Positions 51,110 through 61,394 of a stretch of DNA of 64,000 nucleotides are shown piece after piece. The translations under genes and the position numbers were made by a program. The stretch comes from Candidatus Versatilivorator sp. (lineage in GTDB: Bacteria; Acidobacteriota; Terriglobia; Versatilivoradales; Versatilivoraceae), in the NCBI GenBank assembly GCA_965207735.1, contig OZ242296.1:5184001-5248000 (forward strand), written 5' to 3'. The number at the start of each line of letters is the position of its first letter. Position 1 is the stretch's first letter. The notes below the pieces were generated by a model. The model had not been told where the DNA came from, searched no databases, and saw only the letters and a list, made by a program, of their open reading frames with translations.

Positions 51110-51881
51110 CTGTCTGCCGTTTCCTCAGCAGTTTTCCAAATACAACTAATCCAATCCCGGAGGCAGCCAGGACGCCTGTTGGAACGGGTGCCTCTCCGAC
51201 CAACCAGGCCACCGAGGCGGCGGCCTGCCAGTTGGACAGAGCCACCCCGCAGCCGTTGACGGTGAAATGGGCCAGGATGGCCGTCGTCAGGCTCCGGCTG
51301 CGGTGAACCATAACGGCGAACAGGATGCCCGCCAGGCCGGCCGGCAGGATCAGGAGCAGATGACGGTGAAAAATGCCGAACAGCACCGCCGACACCATAA
51401 TTGCCCGGGCCCGTGTTTCGGGTCCGAGCAGTTGATTCAGAATGAAACCGCGAAAGAGCAGTTCCTCGCATAGCGCCGGCAACAGAGCCATGGTCAGCAG
51501 AATCCAGGCCAGGTGCGGGCCCTGCAGCCAGCTTTGAGCCCTTTGCTGGAGTTCGGCCGCCTCGCCGCCCAGCTGACCCTGTAAATAGTGGACCGCTTCC
51601 AGCCATGGCACCAGGCACAATCCCAGCAGAATGGCAAGCCCTGCCTGGAAAGGGGAAATCGTTCTCAGTTGGAAGAGGGCTTGCCAGCGGAAACCGGCCA
51701 GTCTCGCGAACAGCAGCGGCGTCCCGGCCACGATCAGGATCTGCAAGGCGGCCGCCTGGGCTCGGGCGGTTTCGGAGACCTCCCGGGGAGCCAGCCAGGC
51801 CGAGACCGTCAATACCCACAGGAACACCAGACCGACGCGCACCCCAGCGGGAACCGATTGCAATAGTCTTGCTTGAAACAC
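51090..51881 (-). CDS. CPBP/CAAX-family intramembrane protease
   Basis: CEELLFRG, FGIFH, AILAHFTVN. Confidence 0.85.
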   Translation of the reverse strand: MFQARLLQSVPAGVRVGLVFLWVLTVSAWLAPREVSETARAQAAALQILIVAGTPLLFARLAGFRWQALFQLRTISPFQAGLAILLGLCLVPWLEAVHYLQGQLGGEAAELQQRAQSWLQGPHLAWILLTMALLPALCEELLFRGFILNQLLGPETRARAIMVSAVLFGIFHRHLLLILPAGLAGILFAVMVHRSRSLTTAILAHFTVNGCGVALSNWQAAASVAWLVGEAPVPTGVLAASGIGLVVFGKLLRKRQTANEEKS

Positions 51882-51961
51882 TCCTGCTTCACCCTGTATC
51901 AGCCACCCCGTCGTTTGGGACGGCGGCCCGGCCCGGTCAAAGTGGATAGAGGTTTGTGATT

Positions 51962-52091
51962 AGTGGATGGTTATTTGATCGATACGCATAGCATCTTGTC
52001 GATCTCGACGCAGTCTTTCAAAAAGCTCAACTTGGTCATCAAGGGCTCGCCTGTTCCCGAATCCCTCCACTCTCCACTCTCCACTCTTCAC
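51962..52091. repeat. Family-C segment plus (CTCCACT)n heptamers
   Basis: 51970-52023 is a diverged inverted copy of 35272-35325; heptamers at 52065-52091. Confidence 0.7.
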
Positions 52092-52151
52092 TTGCCGACC
52101 GGATTGGCATTCGAATGCCTTGGATCTACGACTGAAACGGTCCGATGTGGG

Positions 52152-53009
52152 CTACGGTTTCCCTGCCGGCTTGGAGAGAACCTCGGTTTCGCCGAACAGG
52201 TCGGGGTCCATGGGCTCGCCCAGGTCGGCGGCCGTGACGGTGATTTGCGAGGTGATTCCCGTCTTGCGGGAAACGACCTTGCCGGGGGAGCGGAGTCCCT
52301 GGACCTGGCTGTACTTCAGATAGCGCACTTCTCCCCGAAAAATCCCGGTGCCGGTCCTGGTGGCCCGCTCAATCTCATACTCATACTTTTCGATCAGCCG
52401 GGTATCGCGGTCGATCGAGAGTCTGCCCCGAATGTATTCGCCGTCCACGAATCCCGAGACCTCCAGTTGGTCCAGGGATCGTCCTTCCTCGGTGATGCGG
52501 GAAACGTAGCGGTACCTCGAGAAGATCAGCAGCAGCAAATCGGGGCGCAGCAGGGAGAGGGTCTCGTTCCTCAGAGGAGAAATCTCCTTGACGGGTCGGG
52601 CCAACCGGGTTCCGGTCACTTCGACCCAACCGCGGTTCCCGCTGAGAACCGTGACTACCGTAAGGTCGCCGTCCCGGACCTCGGACCGGAATCGGTCGGA
52701 ATCGTCGAAATAGACCTTGACGGACAGGGGCTTGGAATCGGGCTGGGAAGTGGATTGGACCCGGTACTCGAAAAGGAACGAGCTGAGAGAAAGGATCCTG
52801 GACTTACCGCCGTAGGCCCGGAGGGATTTTTCCACCAGGGCCTGACCCGGCGTGGTTGCCGGTGCCGTCCTGCCGCCGTCGTCGGCTGAAACGGCTGTCG
52901 GCTGAACGATAGAGATCGCGGTGAGACTCAAGCCGATCAGCAGCGCCCGCAGGGGACGGGAAGGGGGCGCTGCAGGCAAGTCCGGCCCCCGCCCTGGTGG
53001 GCGGATCAT
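52152..53009 (-). CDS. Hypothetical secreted beta-rich protein (LolA/lipoprotein-sorting-like)
   Basis: Signal-like LLIGLSLTAISIV; AYGG..I, LSIDRDTRLI, DPDLF patterns; start uncertain (in or next to repeat B). Confidence 0.6.
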   Translation of the reverse strand: MIRPPGRGPDLPAAPPSRPLRALLIGLSLTAISIVQPTAVSADDGGRTAPATTPGQALVEKSLRAYGGKSRILSLSSFLFEYRVQSTSQPDSKPLSVKVYFDDSDRFRSEVRDGDLTVVTVLSGNRGWVEVTGTRLARPVKEISPLRNETLSLLRPDLLLLIFSRYRYVSRITEEGRSLDQLEVSGFVDGEYIRGRLSIDRDTRLIEKYEYEIERATRTGTGIFRGEVRYLKYSQVQGLRSPGKVVSRKTGITSQITVTAADLGEPMDPDLFGETEVLSKPAGKP

Positions 53010-53513
53010 ACGAGAGTGAATCAATCGGAAATCGATAATCTTTTCGCGATCTTGGTATCCCGTCACGGTTAGCCTCAACGCCTTAGCGGCCCTTCGTGGA
53101 TAACTCTTTTCCCTTTTGTCTTTGTCTTTTGTCGTTTGTTTCAGGCAAGTCCCGCCCCCGCCCTGGTGTGCGGATCATACATAGAGTGAAACAATCAGAA
53201 ATCGATCAACCCTTCGCGAACTTGGTACCCCGTCGCGGCCAACCTCAGCGCCTTAGTGTCCCTTCGTCGTTCTTCGTGCCCCTTCGTGGATAAGTCTTTT
53301 TTCTTTTGTCTTTTTCGGTTGTTTCAGACAAGCCGGGCCCCTGCCCTGTCGGGCGGATCATACGAGAGTGAAACAAACAGAAATCGATCAACCCTTCGTG
53401 AACTTGGTATCCCGTCGCGGTTAACCTCAGCGCCTTAGTGCCCCTTCGTCGTTCTTCGTGCCCCTTCGTGGAAATGTCTTTTTCTTTTGTCTTTTTAGGT
53501 TGTTTCAGACAAG
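52978..53513 (+). repeat. Repeat family B tandem array, three units
   Basis: Units start at AAG 52978, 53147, 53330, 53511 (periods 169, 183, 181). Confidence 0.92.
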
Positions 53514-53540
53514 GGGGCGGCAGGTTGGGAGGAACCGAGA

Positions 53541-54473
53541 CTAGTTGGACCGCGCATAGTAACCCTTTCTGGCCTTGACCCTTAGGCCCTTCTTGTTTGG
53601 AAGTCTCACCTTGATGGAACGATAGCTTCCATCGCGCTCTTGGTTGGAAGACTGGTAGGTCAGCAGGTACTGGCTGCGCAACTCGGTCTCGATGGCATCG
53701 AAGGCTCTTCTGAATTTCTGAGGTCTGTTGGGGAAGAATGCCGTTCCCCCGGTCGCGCGGGAGTACTTCTTCAAAGCCCCGGAGTTGCCGTAGGCCCTCC
53801 TGTAGAATCCCCCGATCTGGTTGGATATGGCGTAGATTACCGTGTCGGCCCGCTGGGCCGACTCGATGGCCTCACGGATTTTCAGTTTGCTGGTGGTGTC
53901 TCCTCCGTCGCTGATCAGCACGATCGCCTTGCGCCCCGACTCGTGCCGCAGCTTTTCGTCGCAGGCCAGAAAGACGGCATCGTGGAGGGAAGTGCCTCCG
54001 CCGATGGCCAGCAACCCCACGGCCTTCTCCAGCAAGTCCAGGCTGTTGGTGAAGTCCTGAATCAGGGAAACGCTGCGGTCGAAGTTCATGATCATGGCAA
54101 GGTCGTTCTTATTCAGGACCGTCCTCAAGAACTCGACGGCGGCTCGTTGCTCCAGAGGCAGGATGTCCTGGACGCTGGGACTTGTGTCGATGAGAATGCC
54201 CAGGGTGAGGGGTAGAGCGACCTCCCTGGAAAAATGGGTGATGGACTGTTTCACGCCATCTTCCTCGATCCTGAAGTCCTGGCGTTTCAAGTCGGTCACG
54301 AATTGCCCCTGCCTGGATTGAACGGTGCAGAGAACGTTGACCAGGTTCACGTCGATTCGCAGGGTGGTCTGTTCTTGCTGCGGACTGGAAGCCGGGCTTG
54401 AGAGAACCGCTGCCCCAAGGAAAGCCAGAGCCAGGGCCGTCGCCATCGCATGCAGATTGGATCGTCGTTTCAT
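53541..54473 (-). CDS. Secreted VWA-domain protein
   Basis: DVNLVNV, DTSPS MIDAS, SDGGDTTS, ELRSQY, ARKGYYA. Confidence 0.9.
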   Translation of the reverse strand: MKRRSNLHAMATALALAFLGAAVLSSPASSPQQEQTTLRIDVNLVNVLCTVQSRQGQFVTDLKRQDFRIEEDGVKQSITHFSREVALPLTLGILIDTSPSVQDILPLEQRAAVEFLRTVLNKNDLAMIMNFDRSVSLIQDFTNSLDLLEKAVGLLAIGGGTSLHDAVFLACDEKLRHESGRKAIVLISDGGDTTSKLKIREAIESAQRADTVIYAISNQIGGFYRRAYGNSGALKKYSRATGGTAFFPNRPQKFRRAFDAIETELRSQYLLTYQSSNQERDGSYRSIKVRLPNKKGLRVKARKGYYARSN

Positions 54474-54658
54474 TCTTTGCCGGTTTCAATCAGCGTTCTC
54501 ATGGCTAGAATTATAGGGGAGAGCCGGCCCGGGGTAAACGTGGCGGCCGGAATGAACGGATCCAGCCAGGCGGCCATGCCGGGGAGCGGCCGCACGAGAG
54601 GGTGCGCTGCCCAATGGGAGCGGTTATCCCCTTGACTATCATCTACAGGAATTCATCC

Positions 54659-55540
54659 ATGGGGACGCAGCCTCTTGGCCGGGTAGGAATCGCGGGAGCC
54701 GGAACCATGGGGCGGGGAATTGCCCAGGTCTTTGCCCAACGGGGCTGGAGGGTGGTTCTGAGCGACCCGGCCCAGGCGCAGCTGTCGTCCGCCATGGACT
54801 CGATCTCCCGGGGGATGGATCGAGAAGTGAGCAAGGCACGGATGGCTCAGGCCGAGAAGGAAGCCGCGCTCGGCAGGGTTGAGGCGGTCTCGGAACTGAG
54901 CCCGATGGAGTCGGTGGACCTGGTGGTTGAGGCCGTCAGTGAGAGCTTCCCGGTCAAGCAGGAGGTCTTTGGGCGCCTTGATCGGATCTGCCGCCCCGGG
55001 GTGATCCTGGCCTCCAACACTTCTTCCATCTCCATCGCCCGTCTGGCGTCCGCCTCCGGGCGTCCACGAGAAACCGTGGGAATGCATTTCATGAATCCCG
55101 TGCCCGTGATGGAACTGGTCGAGGTGGTTCGCGGGCCGGAGACTTCCAGGCAAACGCTTTCGGCCATCCACCGGATCGTCAAGGGGCTGGGCAAGACGCC
55201 GGTTGAGGTGAACGATTCTCCGGGGTTCGTTTCCAATCGGGTTTTGATGCCCATGATCAATGAAGCCGCCTTCTGTGTCCACGAGGGTGTGGGGACGGCG
55301 GAGAACGTGGATTCCATCATGCGAATGGGGATGAATCATCCCATGGGCCCGCTGGCTCTGGCCGACCTGATTGGGCTTGATGTTTGTCTGGATATCATGG
55401 AAACTCTCTACGATGGCTTCAGGGACTCCAAGTACCGGCCCTGTCCATTGCTGAAGAGCATGGTGTCGGCCGGACACCTGGGGCGCAAGACGGGACGGGG
55501 GTTCTATCGCTATGGCCGGCGAGTCCAAGGGGACTCGTGA
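54659..55540 (+). CDS. hbd: 3-hydroxybutyryl-CoA dehydrogenase
   Basis: GAGTMGRG, ASNTSSISI, GMHFMNP, PMGPL.LADLIGLD. Confidence 0.9.
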   Translation: MGTQPLGRVGIAGAGTMGRGIAQVFAQRGWRVVLSDPAQAQLSSAMDSISRGMDREVSKARMAQAEKEAALGRVEAVSELSPMESVDLVVEAVSESFPVKQEVFGRLDRICRPGVILASNTSSISIARLASASGRPRETVGMHFMNPVPVMELVEVVRGPETSRQTLSAIHRIVKGLGKTPVEVNDSPGFVSNRVLMPMINEAAFCVHEGVGTAENVDSIMRMGMNHPMGPLALADLIGLDVCLDIMETLYDGFRDSKYRPCPLLKSMVSAGHLGRKTGRGFYRYGRRVQGDS

Positions 55541-55612
55541 GCCCTCCTGGCCATGGCAGGACCTGAATCATTGAACGTCAGGATAAACAAAGAGCAAACC
55601 AGGAGGGAATCC

Positions 55613-56689
55613 ATGGCGGAAGCAAGCGGAGAACGGAGTCGGGCCATCGATCTGGCTCTGTCCCAAATCGAGAAGCAGTTCGGCAAGGGATCGATCATGC
55701 GGCTGGGAAGCCGCGCAACCGTGGCCAACATCGGCGTGATCGCTACCGGGTCCTTGTCCTTTGACGCCGCTCTGGGCGTGGGTGGCATGCCTCGAGGGCG
55801 GGTAGTCGAGATTTTCGGTCCCGAATCCAGCGGCAAGACCACGCTGGCCCTTCACCTGATCGCCGAGGCTCAGAAAAAAGGAGGCATGGCTGCTTTCGTC
55901 GATGCCGAGCATGCCCTGGACGCCGCTTATTCTCGCAAACTTGGCGTGGATGTGGAGAACCTGCTGGTTTCCCAACCGGATAGCGGAGAACAGGCGCTCG
56001 AGATCGCTGAAATGCTGGTGCGCAGTGGTGGGCTGGATGTTTGCGTGGTCGATTCGGTGGCTGCCCTGGTGCCCAGAGCCGAGTTGTCGGGTGAAATGGG
56101 AGACTCCCACATGGGGCTGCAGGCCAGGCTCATGTCCCAGGCTCTGCGCAAGTTGACCGGAATTGTCGCCAAATCCAAGACCTGTCTGGTTTTTATCAAC
56201 CAGATTCGGGAGAAGATCGGGGTCATGTTCGGCAACCCCGAAACCACCACCGGCGGGAGGGCCTTGAAGTTCTATGCCTCGGTTCGGGTGGATGTGCGGC
56301 GGGTTGGCGCCATTCGGGACGGCGACACCTTCAAGGGCAGCCGAACCAAGGTCAAGGTGGTCAAAAACAAGGTGGCTCCTCCCTTTCGGGAAGCCGAGTT
56401 CGATATCATCTACGGGCTGGGCATTTCCAAGGAAGGGGACCTGCTGGACCTGGGTGTGAGCCAGGGCCTCATCGAAAAAAGCGGCGCCTGGTACTCGATC
56501 CAGGGAGAACGGATGGGCCAGGGCCGCGACAACGCCCGCCAGTTTCTGCAGGACCACGGCGATGTCCGAGCCCGGCTTGAAGAGGCGCTTTGCCAGGCGC
56601 TGGAGATCCCGGCGGCTTCCCCAGCCGGGAACGGCCAGCCGGCCGCGGCCGATCGGACACCCGCAAGATCGGCGCCGCGCCGGAAATGA
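55613..56689 (+). CDS. recA: Recombinase A
   Basis: [39 protein letters not shown]; AGGAGG RBS. Confidence 0.99.
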   Translation: MAEASGERSRAIDLALSQIEKQFGKGSIMRLGSRATVANIGVIATGSLSFDAALGVGGMPRGRVVEIFGPESSGKTTLALHLIAEAQKKGGMAAFVDAEHALDAAYSRKLGVDVENLLVSQPDSGEQALEIAEMLVRSGGLDVCVVDSVAALVPRAELSGEMGDSHMGLQARLMSQALRKLTGIVAKSKTCLVFINQIREKIGVMFGNPETTTGGRALKFYASVRVDVRRVGAIRDGDTFKGSRTKVKVVKNKVAPPFREAEFDIIYGLGISKEGDLLDLGVSQGLIEKSGAWYSIQGERMGQGRDNARQFLQDHGDVRARLEEALCQALEIPAASPAGNGQPAAADRTPARSAPRRK

Positions 56690-58197
56690 ATCCAGCGATT
56701 CTCCGAAATCGAATTCCCATCGCCCTGGGGTTGTTGATCAGTTCCGGGCTGCTGGCGCAGTTCTCTGCTTGCCTGCGGGTCAAGGACGCCGGTGAGCATT
56801 CCCGTCACCTGCTCCTGGACGACCGAGTGGTGGCGCAGGAGCAGAATGTCCGCCTGGAGGTCGGAGCAATCGAGAAGCATGAGGCCAATCCTCTGATGAA
56901 GGAGGACAAGCCTTGGGAACCCCGCTTCGACAATCTCTACCCCAACATCGTCTATGACCGGGAACGCAAACTCTACCGCTGCTGGTACAACCCCTTCATC
57001 GCCGACCCCCTGGTTACCGAGACCCCCCGTGACCGGAGGGACCTGAACCCGCTGGCCCCCGAAGATTCCCCCGACCGGCAGGGCAAGGTGCCCTACCTTC
57101 CCTATGAGCGGGAGTTCGGTCTCTGTTACGCCACCAGCGAGGACGGGCTGGCATGGACCAAGCCCGAGTTGAACCTGGTGGAGTTTCAGGGCAACAAGGC
57201 CAACAACCTGTTGCTGCGTGGGTCGCACGGCGCCGGCATCCTTATCGACCCTCACGATCCGGACCCGGAGCGGCGCTACAAGATGTTCGAAGGAGGAAAG
57301 TGGATCAAGGAGTGGCAGTCACGCCCGGCTGTGCGGTTTTCCCCGGACGGCCTGCGCTGGGGCGAGTCTTTCCCCGTACCCGAGATCGAGGCTCATGCCG
57401 ACACCCACAACAGCACCCGTTGGGTCCCCGAACTGAAGAAGTATGTCACCATGACCCGAATTCACCGGGGCAAGCCCTTTTTCCGCCACCCCGCGGGCCA
57501 GCGGGTGGTGGGGCGAACCGAGAGCTCCGATTTCATGAAATGGAGCAAGGCGGTGGAAGTCCTGCGCGGCGATCCCGAAAATCAGGTTTACGCCATGCCC
57601 TTCTTTCGCTACGGGGATGTTTACCTGGGTCTGCTCATGATTATTCGATTGAGCGAGGAGCGGGTCCATTGCGAGCTGGCCTGGAGCCCCGACTCCATTC
57701 GCTGGGAGCGGATCAGCCCGGGAACTCCCTTCATTCCCAATGCCGCGGTGAAGGGCCAGTACGACTGGGGGTGCGTGTATGCCGCTGACGCACCCGTGGT
57801 GATGGAAGACCGAATCCGCATCTACTACGCCGGTTCCAACGGGCATCATCGCTATTGGCGGGATGGTTTTCTCTGCCTGGCCACGCTGCGTCCGGATGGC
57901 TGGGCGGGCTACGTGCCCGTCGACCCCAATCGGAAGGGCGTGGTGGCCACCCGCCCGCTGACCTGGCGCGGTCGCTTGCACTTGACCGCGGACGCTACCG
58001 GCGGTTCGGTTCAGGTTACCGTCCTGGATGACCAGGGAGGAATTCTGGCGGAAGCGCAGCCCCTGAAGGGAGAGGTCACCGACGGGGAAGTGATGGCCGA
58101 GACTTCCGGCGGGATGGGCGATCTGGAGGGCCGGTCGGTGGTGCTGAAGTTTGTGCTGGATCAGGCCAAACTCTACTCATTTGTCTTCAAGGAGTAG
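56686..58197 (+). CDS. Secreted five-bladed beta-propeller glycoside hydrolase-like protein
   Basis: Signal peptide; Asp-box-like [28 protein letters not shown]; LRPDGW; ATGA overlap with recA. Confidence 0.7.
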   Translation: MNPAILRNRIPIALGLLISSGLLAQFSACLRVKDAGEHSRHLLLDDRVVAQEQNVRLEVGAIEKHEANPLMKEDKPWEPRFDNLYPNIVYDRERKLYRCWYNPFIADPLVTETPRDRRDLNPLAPEDSPDRQGKVPYLPYEREFGLCYATSEDGLAWTKPELNLVEFQGNKANNLLLRGSHGAGILIDPHDPDPERRYKMFEGGKWIKEWQSRPAVRFSPDGLRWGESFPVPEIEAHADTHNSTRWVPELKKYVTMTRIHRGKPFFRHPAGQRVVGRTESSDFMKWSKAVEVLRGDPENQVYAMPFFRYGDVYLGLLMIIRLSEERVHCELAWSPDSIRWERISPGTPFIPNAAVKGQYDWGCVYAADAPVVMEDRIRIYYAGSNGHHRYWRDGFLCLATLRPDGWAGYVPVDPNRKGVVATRPLTWRGRLHLTADATGGSVQVTVLDDQGGILAEAQPLKGEVTDGEVMAETSGGMGDLEGRSVVLKFVLDQAKLYSFVFKE

Positions 58198-58395
58198 TGA
58201 GGCGCTGCGTTTGCCCCCCTCCGGCTCGACCGCGGGCTGCGCCCATTGGTAGTGTTTGAAATAGGACAATTCTGGTACAGGCTTCAATAATAGCTTCCCT
58301 CCCCAAACCACCGCCCCTCCAAATTCACGACAACTCCGCACACTCCGATCCAAGAGCGCTCTGCGGCTGAGAAATTCGGGCATAGCTGCAAGGCT

Positions 58396-59289
58396 TCAGG
58401 GCGTTGGCGCCAACATGGAAATGGGGATAGGTGGAAAGGAGAGGATCAGGAAAAGGATGGCCAGCAGGCCCAATGCAAAGCGGCGAGGTCCGATGGGAAG
58501 ATGCTCGTTCATCGTCGGCGGATGGCGAAGCCGGGTGAGCAGGTAGACCAGCACCAGAAAGAGAAGCCAGGGAGGCTGGAACAAGACGGCAAACAGGGTG
58601 AATGCGAAAAAGACCAGGTGGTAGATGAGGGAGCTTCTGCGGTGAAACAGGGAATAAATGATATGGCCTCCGTCCAGCTGACCCATGGGCAGGAGGTTGA
58701 GAGCGGTGACGAAGAGTCCGGCCCATCCGGCAGTGGCCAGGGGATGAAGCTGAAGGCCGCTGGTCGGAGCCAGTGGTCCGTGAATCCATTCGATGAGAAG
58801 TGCGAACAGGATTGACGGTCCCAGAAAGGTTTCGCCGGCAGGCACGGAATCGAGAGAAGTTACGGTGGACCAGGCAATCCCCAGAACGGCCACGGGCAGT
58901 GCCAGAATCAGCCCCATGGCGGGTCCCATGATGGCGATGTCGAACAGGGCCTTGCGGTGGGGGATGCGTCCTCCCATCTTGATGACGGCGCCGAAGGTCC
59001 CGAAGGGCGGCAGTGGAGAGGGGATGAAGTAGGGAAGGGAGGCCGCAACCCGGTAGTGGCGGGCCGTGAGGTAGTGGCCCATCTCGTGACAGAGCAGAAT
59101 CAGAATCAGGCTGGCGGAGTAAAGCACCCCACCGGCGAGGCCGTATTCCAGGGCGCCCACCGCCGAGGTGGTGATCAGGGTCAGAACGAACAATGCCGGG
59201 GGCAGCCACAGGCCTTTCCTTGCCGGAGTGTCAATTGGAGGAGCCGATTCCGGAGGAGAGGGCAGGGAGTGGGGCGAGGCATCTGCCAT
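58396..59289 (-). CDS. Site-2 protease (M50 family)
   Basis: HEMGH, FGTFGAVI, NLLPMGQLDGGH. Confidence 0.92.
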   Translation of the reverse strand: MADASPHSLPSPPESAPPIDTPARKGLWLPPALFVLTLITTSAVGALEYGLAGGVLYSASLILILLCHEMGHYLTARHYRVAASLPYFIPSPLPPFGTFGAVIKMGGRIPHRKALFDIAIMGPAMGLILALPVAVLGIAWSTVTSLDSVPAGETFLGPSILFALLIEWIHGPLAPTSGLQLHPLATAGWAGLFVTALNLLPMGQLDGGHIIYSLFHRRSSLIYHLVFFAFTLFAVLFQPPWLLFLVLVYLLTRLRHPPTMNEHLPIGPRRFALGLLAILFLILSFPPIPISMLAPTP

Positions 59290-59331
59290 GGGGCGAATGG
59301 AGAATCGAAGCGGCAACAGGGTGTCTTGAGA

Positions 59332-59718
59332 CTAGAGACGCGTCAACAGGTCTCTCACCCGGGTTTCAATGAGATCCCGAATCGTCCTGAACTCCTCCGG
59401 AGGCATCGATTTCGGGTCCGGAATTTCCCAGTCCTCCCGGTGTCTTGCCACTACCGCCGGACAGGAGTCGCCGCAACCCATGGTCACCGCGACAGCGAAT
59501 TCGGTGGGGGGAATCTCATCCAGCGACTGGGAGCGATGGCTGCTGAGGTCGTACCCCAACTCCGCCATGGATTGAATGGCCGCGGGATTGATCCTGCCCG
59601 AGGGGCGCGAGCCGGCGCTGTAGGCTTCGACGCTGCCCTGACCATGGATGCGGGCGAAGGCTTCGGCCATCTGGCTGCGGTTGGAGTTCTCGATGCACAC
59701 GAAGAGAACCCGCTTCAC
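59332..59718 (-). CDS. arsC: Arsenate reductase, LMW-PTP type
   Basis: VLFVCIENSNRSQMAE (CX5R), TMGCGDSCP, DWEIPDP; GTG start at 59718. Confidence 0.88.
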   Translation of the reverse strand: MKRVLFVCIENSNRSQMAEAFARIHGQGSVEAYSAGSRPSGRINPAAIQSMAELGYDLSSHRSQSLDEIPPTEFAVAVTMGCGDSCPAVVARHREDWEIPDPKSMPPEEFRTIRDLIETRVRDLLTRL

Positions 59719-59744
59719 ATCCGACCCTGATAACGGGGCGCTTG

Positions 59745-60437
59745 TCAACAGGCGGTCTCCTTTCGGGCCGGGCCGCAGCACCCCTCGCCCTGCACACAGC
59801 GGCAGGCGCCGACCGCCGCCAGGGCTCCCAGGACCGGGGCCGCCAGGTAGACCCAGAGATGGCTCAGTTGTCCGGTCATCAATGCCGGAGCCAGGGAGCG
59901 GGCCGGATTCATGGAGGCTCCTGAAATCGGACCGGCAAACAGGGCCTCCAGGGCGATCACCGAACCTATGGCCACACCGGCCATGAGTCCCTTTTCCTTG
60001 GAACCCGAGGACACGCTCAGGATCACGAACATCAGGAACCAGGCGAGGATGATCTCCAGAACGAACGACTGATAGGCGGGCCCCGAGGGCCGGGTGACGC
60101 CCAGGGTGAGATGGTTGCCGAACAGCAGGCGGAGGATTCCGCTGGCCAGCAACGCTCCCAGGCACTGGCTCAGGATATAGGGCAACACCCAGCTTCTTTC
60201 CAGGCGCCCGGCGAACCAGAAGCCCAGGGTTACCGCGGGATTGATGTGTGCGCCGGAGACGTTTCCAATGGCATAGATGGTGGCCAGTACCACCAGCCCG
60301 AAGGTCAGGGCAATGCCCACGTGGGAGACGACGCCCCCGCTCACTTCGTTAATGGTGATCGCCCCGGTTCCGGCAAACACCAGGGCAAAGGTTCCGAAGC
60401 ATTCCGCCAGTAGTCGCTGCAGCATGACTCGCCCCAC
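59745..60437 (-). CDS. MIP-family aquaporin/aquaglyceroporin
   Basis: SGAHINPA and SMNPARS NPA motifs; Cys-rich tail; directly upstream of arsC. Confidence 0.92.
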   Translation of the reverse strand: MGRVMLQRLLAECFGTFALVFAGTGAITINEVSGGVVSHVGIALTFGLVVLATIYAIGNVSGAHINPAVTLGFWFAGRLERSWVLPYILSQCLGALLASGILRLLFGNHLTLGVTRPSGPAYQSFVLEIILAWFLMFVILSVSSGSKEKGLMAGVAIGSVIALEALFAGPISGASMNPARSLAPALMTGQLSHLWVYLAAPVLGALAAVGACRCVQGEGCCGPARKETAC

Positions 60438-60625
60438 ATTCCTGTTCTCGCCGCCAGCACTCTAACGAAAATCCACGGATTCCGGAAGACCCTTTGCAGT
60501 GAATCCGCGGGTTGGAAAATCGCGGCGCCGCCCAACAACCGGGAAGTAACTTATAATGGCGTCGTTGAAGAACTCCGGGGCAACCCAGCCCCGGCGTTTT
60601 GGCTGGAGGCTGACGGAGGCCGCCG

Positions 60626-61324
60626 GTGAAATCGCAAAAGGTCGTCATCATTGAGGACGAAGCCGACATCCGCGAGGTCATCGAGTACAACCTCAAGCGG
60701 GCGGGGTATCGAACCGCCGCGGTTGCAAATGGGGAAAAGGCGCTTCATCTGGTGCGCGACACCCTCCCCGATCTTGTCCTGCTGGATCTGATGCTGCCCG
60801 GACTGGATGGACTCGAGGTCTGTCAACGACTCAAGGACGATGCAGCCACCCGGCACGTCCGCATCATCATGGTCACCGCCAAGGGAGAGGAAAGGGACAT
60901 TCTGATGGGGCTCGACCTGGGGGCGGACGATTACCTGACCAAACCCTTCAGCCCCAAGGAGTTGCTGGGTAGAATCCGGGCGGTTTTGCGCCGGGGCCCG
61001 CTTCAGGAGGAGCAGGCATCTTCCCAATCCCTGGTACGGGGCCCGATGCTCATCGACCAGGAGCGGCACCAGGTGCAACTGGACAGGAGGCCGGTGGATC
61101 TGACGGCTACCGAGTTTCGGCTGCTTCATTTCCTGGTCACCCACCCCGGCAGAGTGTTCACTCGAGACCAGCTCCTGAGCCGAGTCATTGGAGAGAACGC
61201 CTCGGTGGTGGACCGTAACATCGACGTGCACGTGCGGGCCGTACGCAAAAAGCTGGGAGAGCACCGGGACCTCATTCACACGGTCAGAGGGGTTGGCTAC
61301 TGCTTCCGAAATCCGGGGGAATGA
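60626..61324 (+). CDS. OmpR/PhoB-family response regulator
   Basis: EDE, LDLMLP, GADDYLTKPFS, LTATEF.LL, RNIDVH, TVRGVGY. Confidence 0.92.
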   Translation: MKSQKVVIIEDEADIREVIEYNLKRAGYRTAAVANGEKALHLVRDTLPDLVLLDLMLPGLDGLEVCQRLKDDAATRHVRIIMVTAKGEERDILMGLDLGADDYLTKPFSPKELLGRIRAVLRRGPLQEEQASSQSLVRGPMLIDQERHQVQLDRRPVDLTATEFRLLHFLVTHPGRVFTRDQLLSRVIGENASVVDRNIDVHVRAVRKKLGEHRDLIHTVRGVGYCFRNPGE

Positions 61325-61394
61325 CGCCACCACCCCAGCTCTTCCGGTGACGCCGACGGTCCGGCAAACGCCGGGCGCCCAGAGTGCCCCCGGC

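Noticed and set aside
52978-53513. CRISPR array interpretation of the tandem repeats (also 17741-18109)
   Set aside because: The whole ~183-bp unit is repeated, there are no unique spacers, and no cas genes are in the window
55573-55599. LexA box upstream of recA (AAAC-N7-AAAC resembling GAAC-N7-GAAC)
   Set aside because: It is too degenerate, and I found no convincing matching site upstream of recN or ssb
59332-60437. Aquaporin-ArsC fusion suggested by the 277-aa ORF 59332-60165
   Set aside because: The two genes are in different frames with a stop at 59745; ArsC similarity starts at GTG 59718
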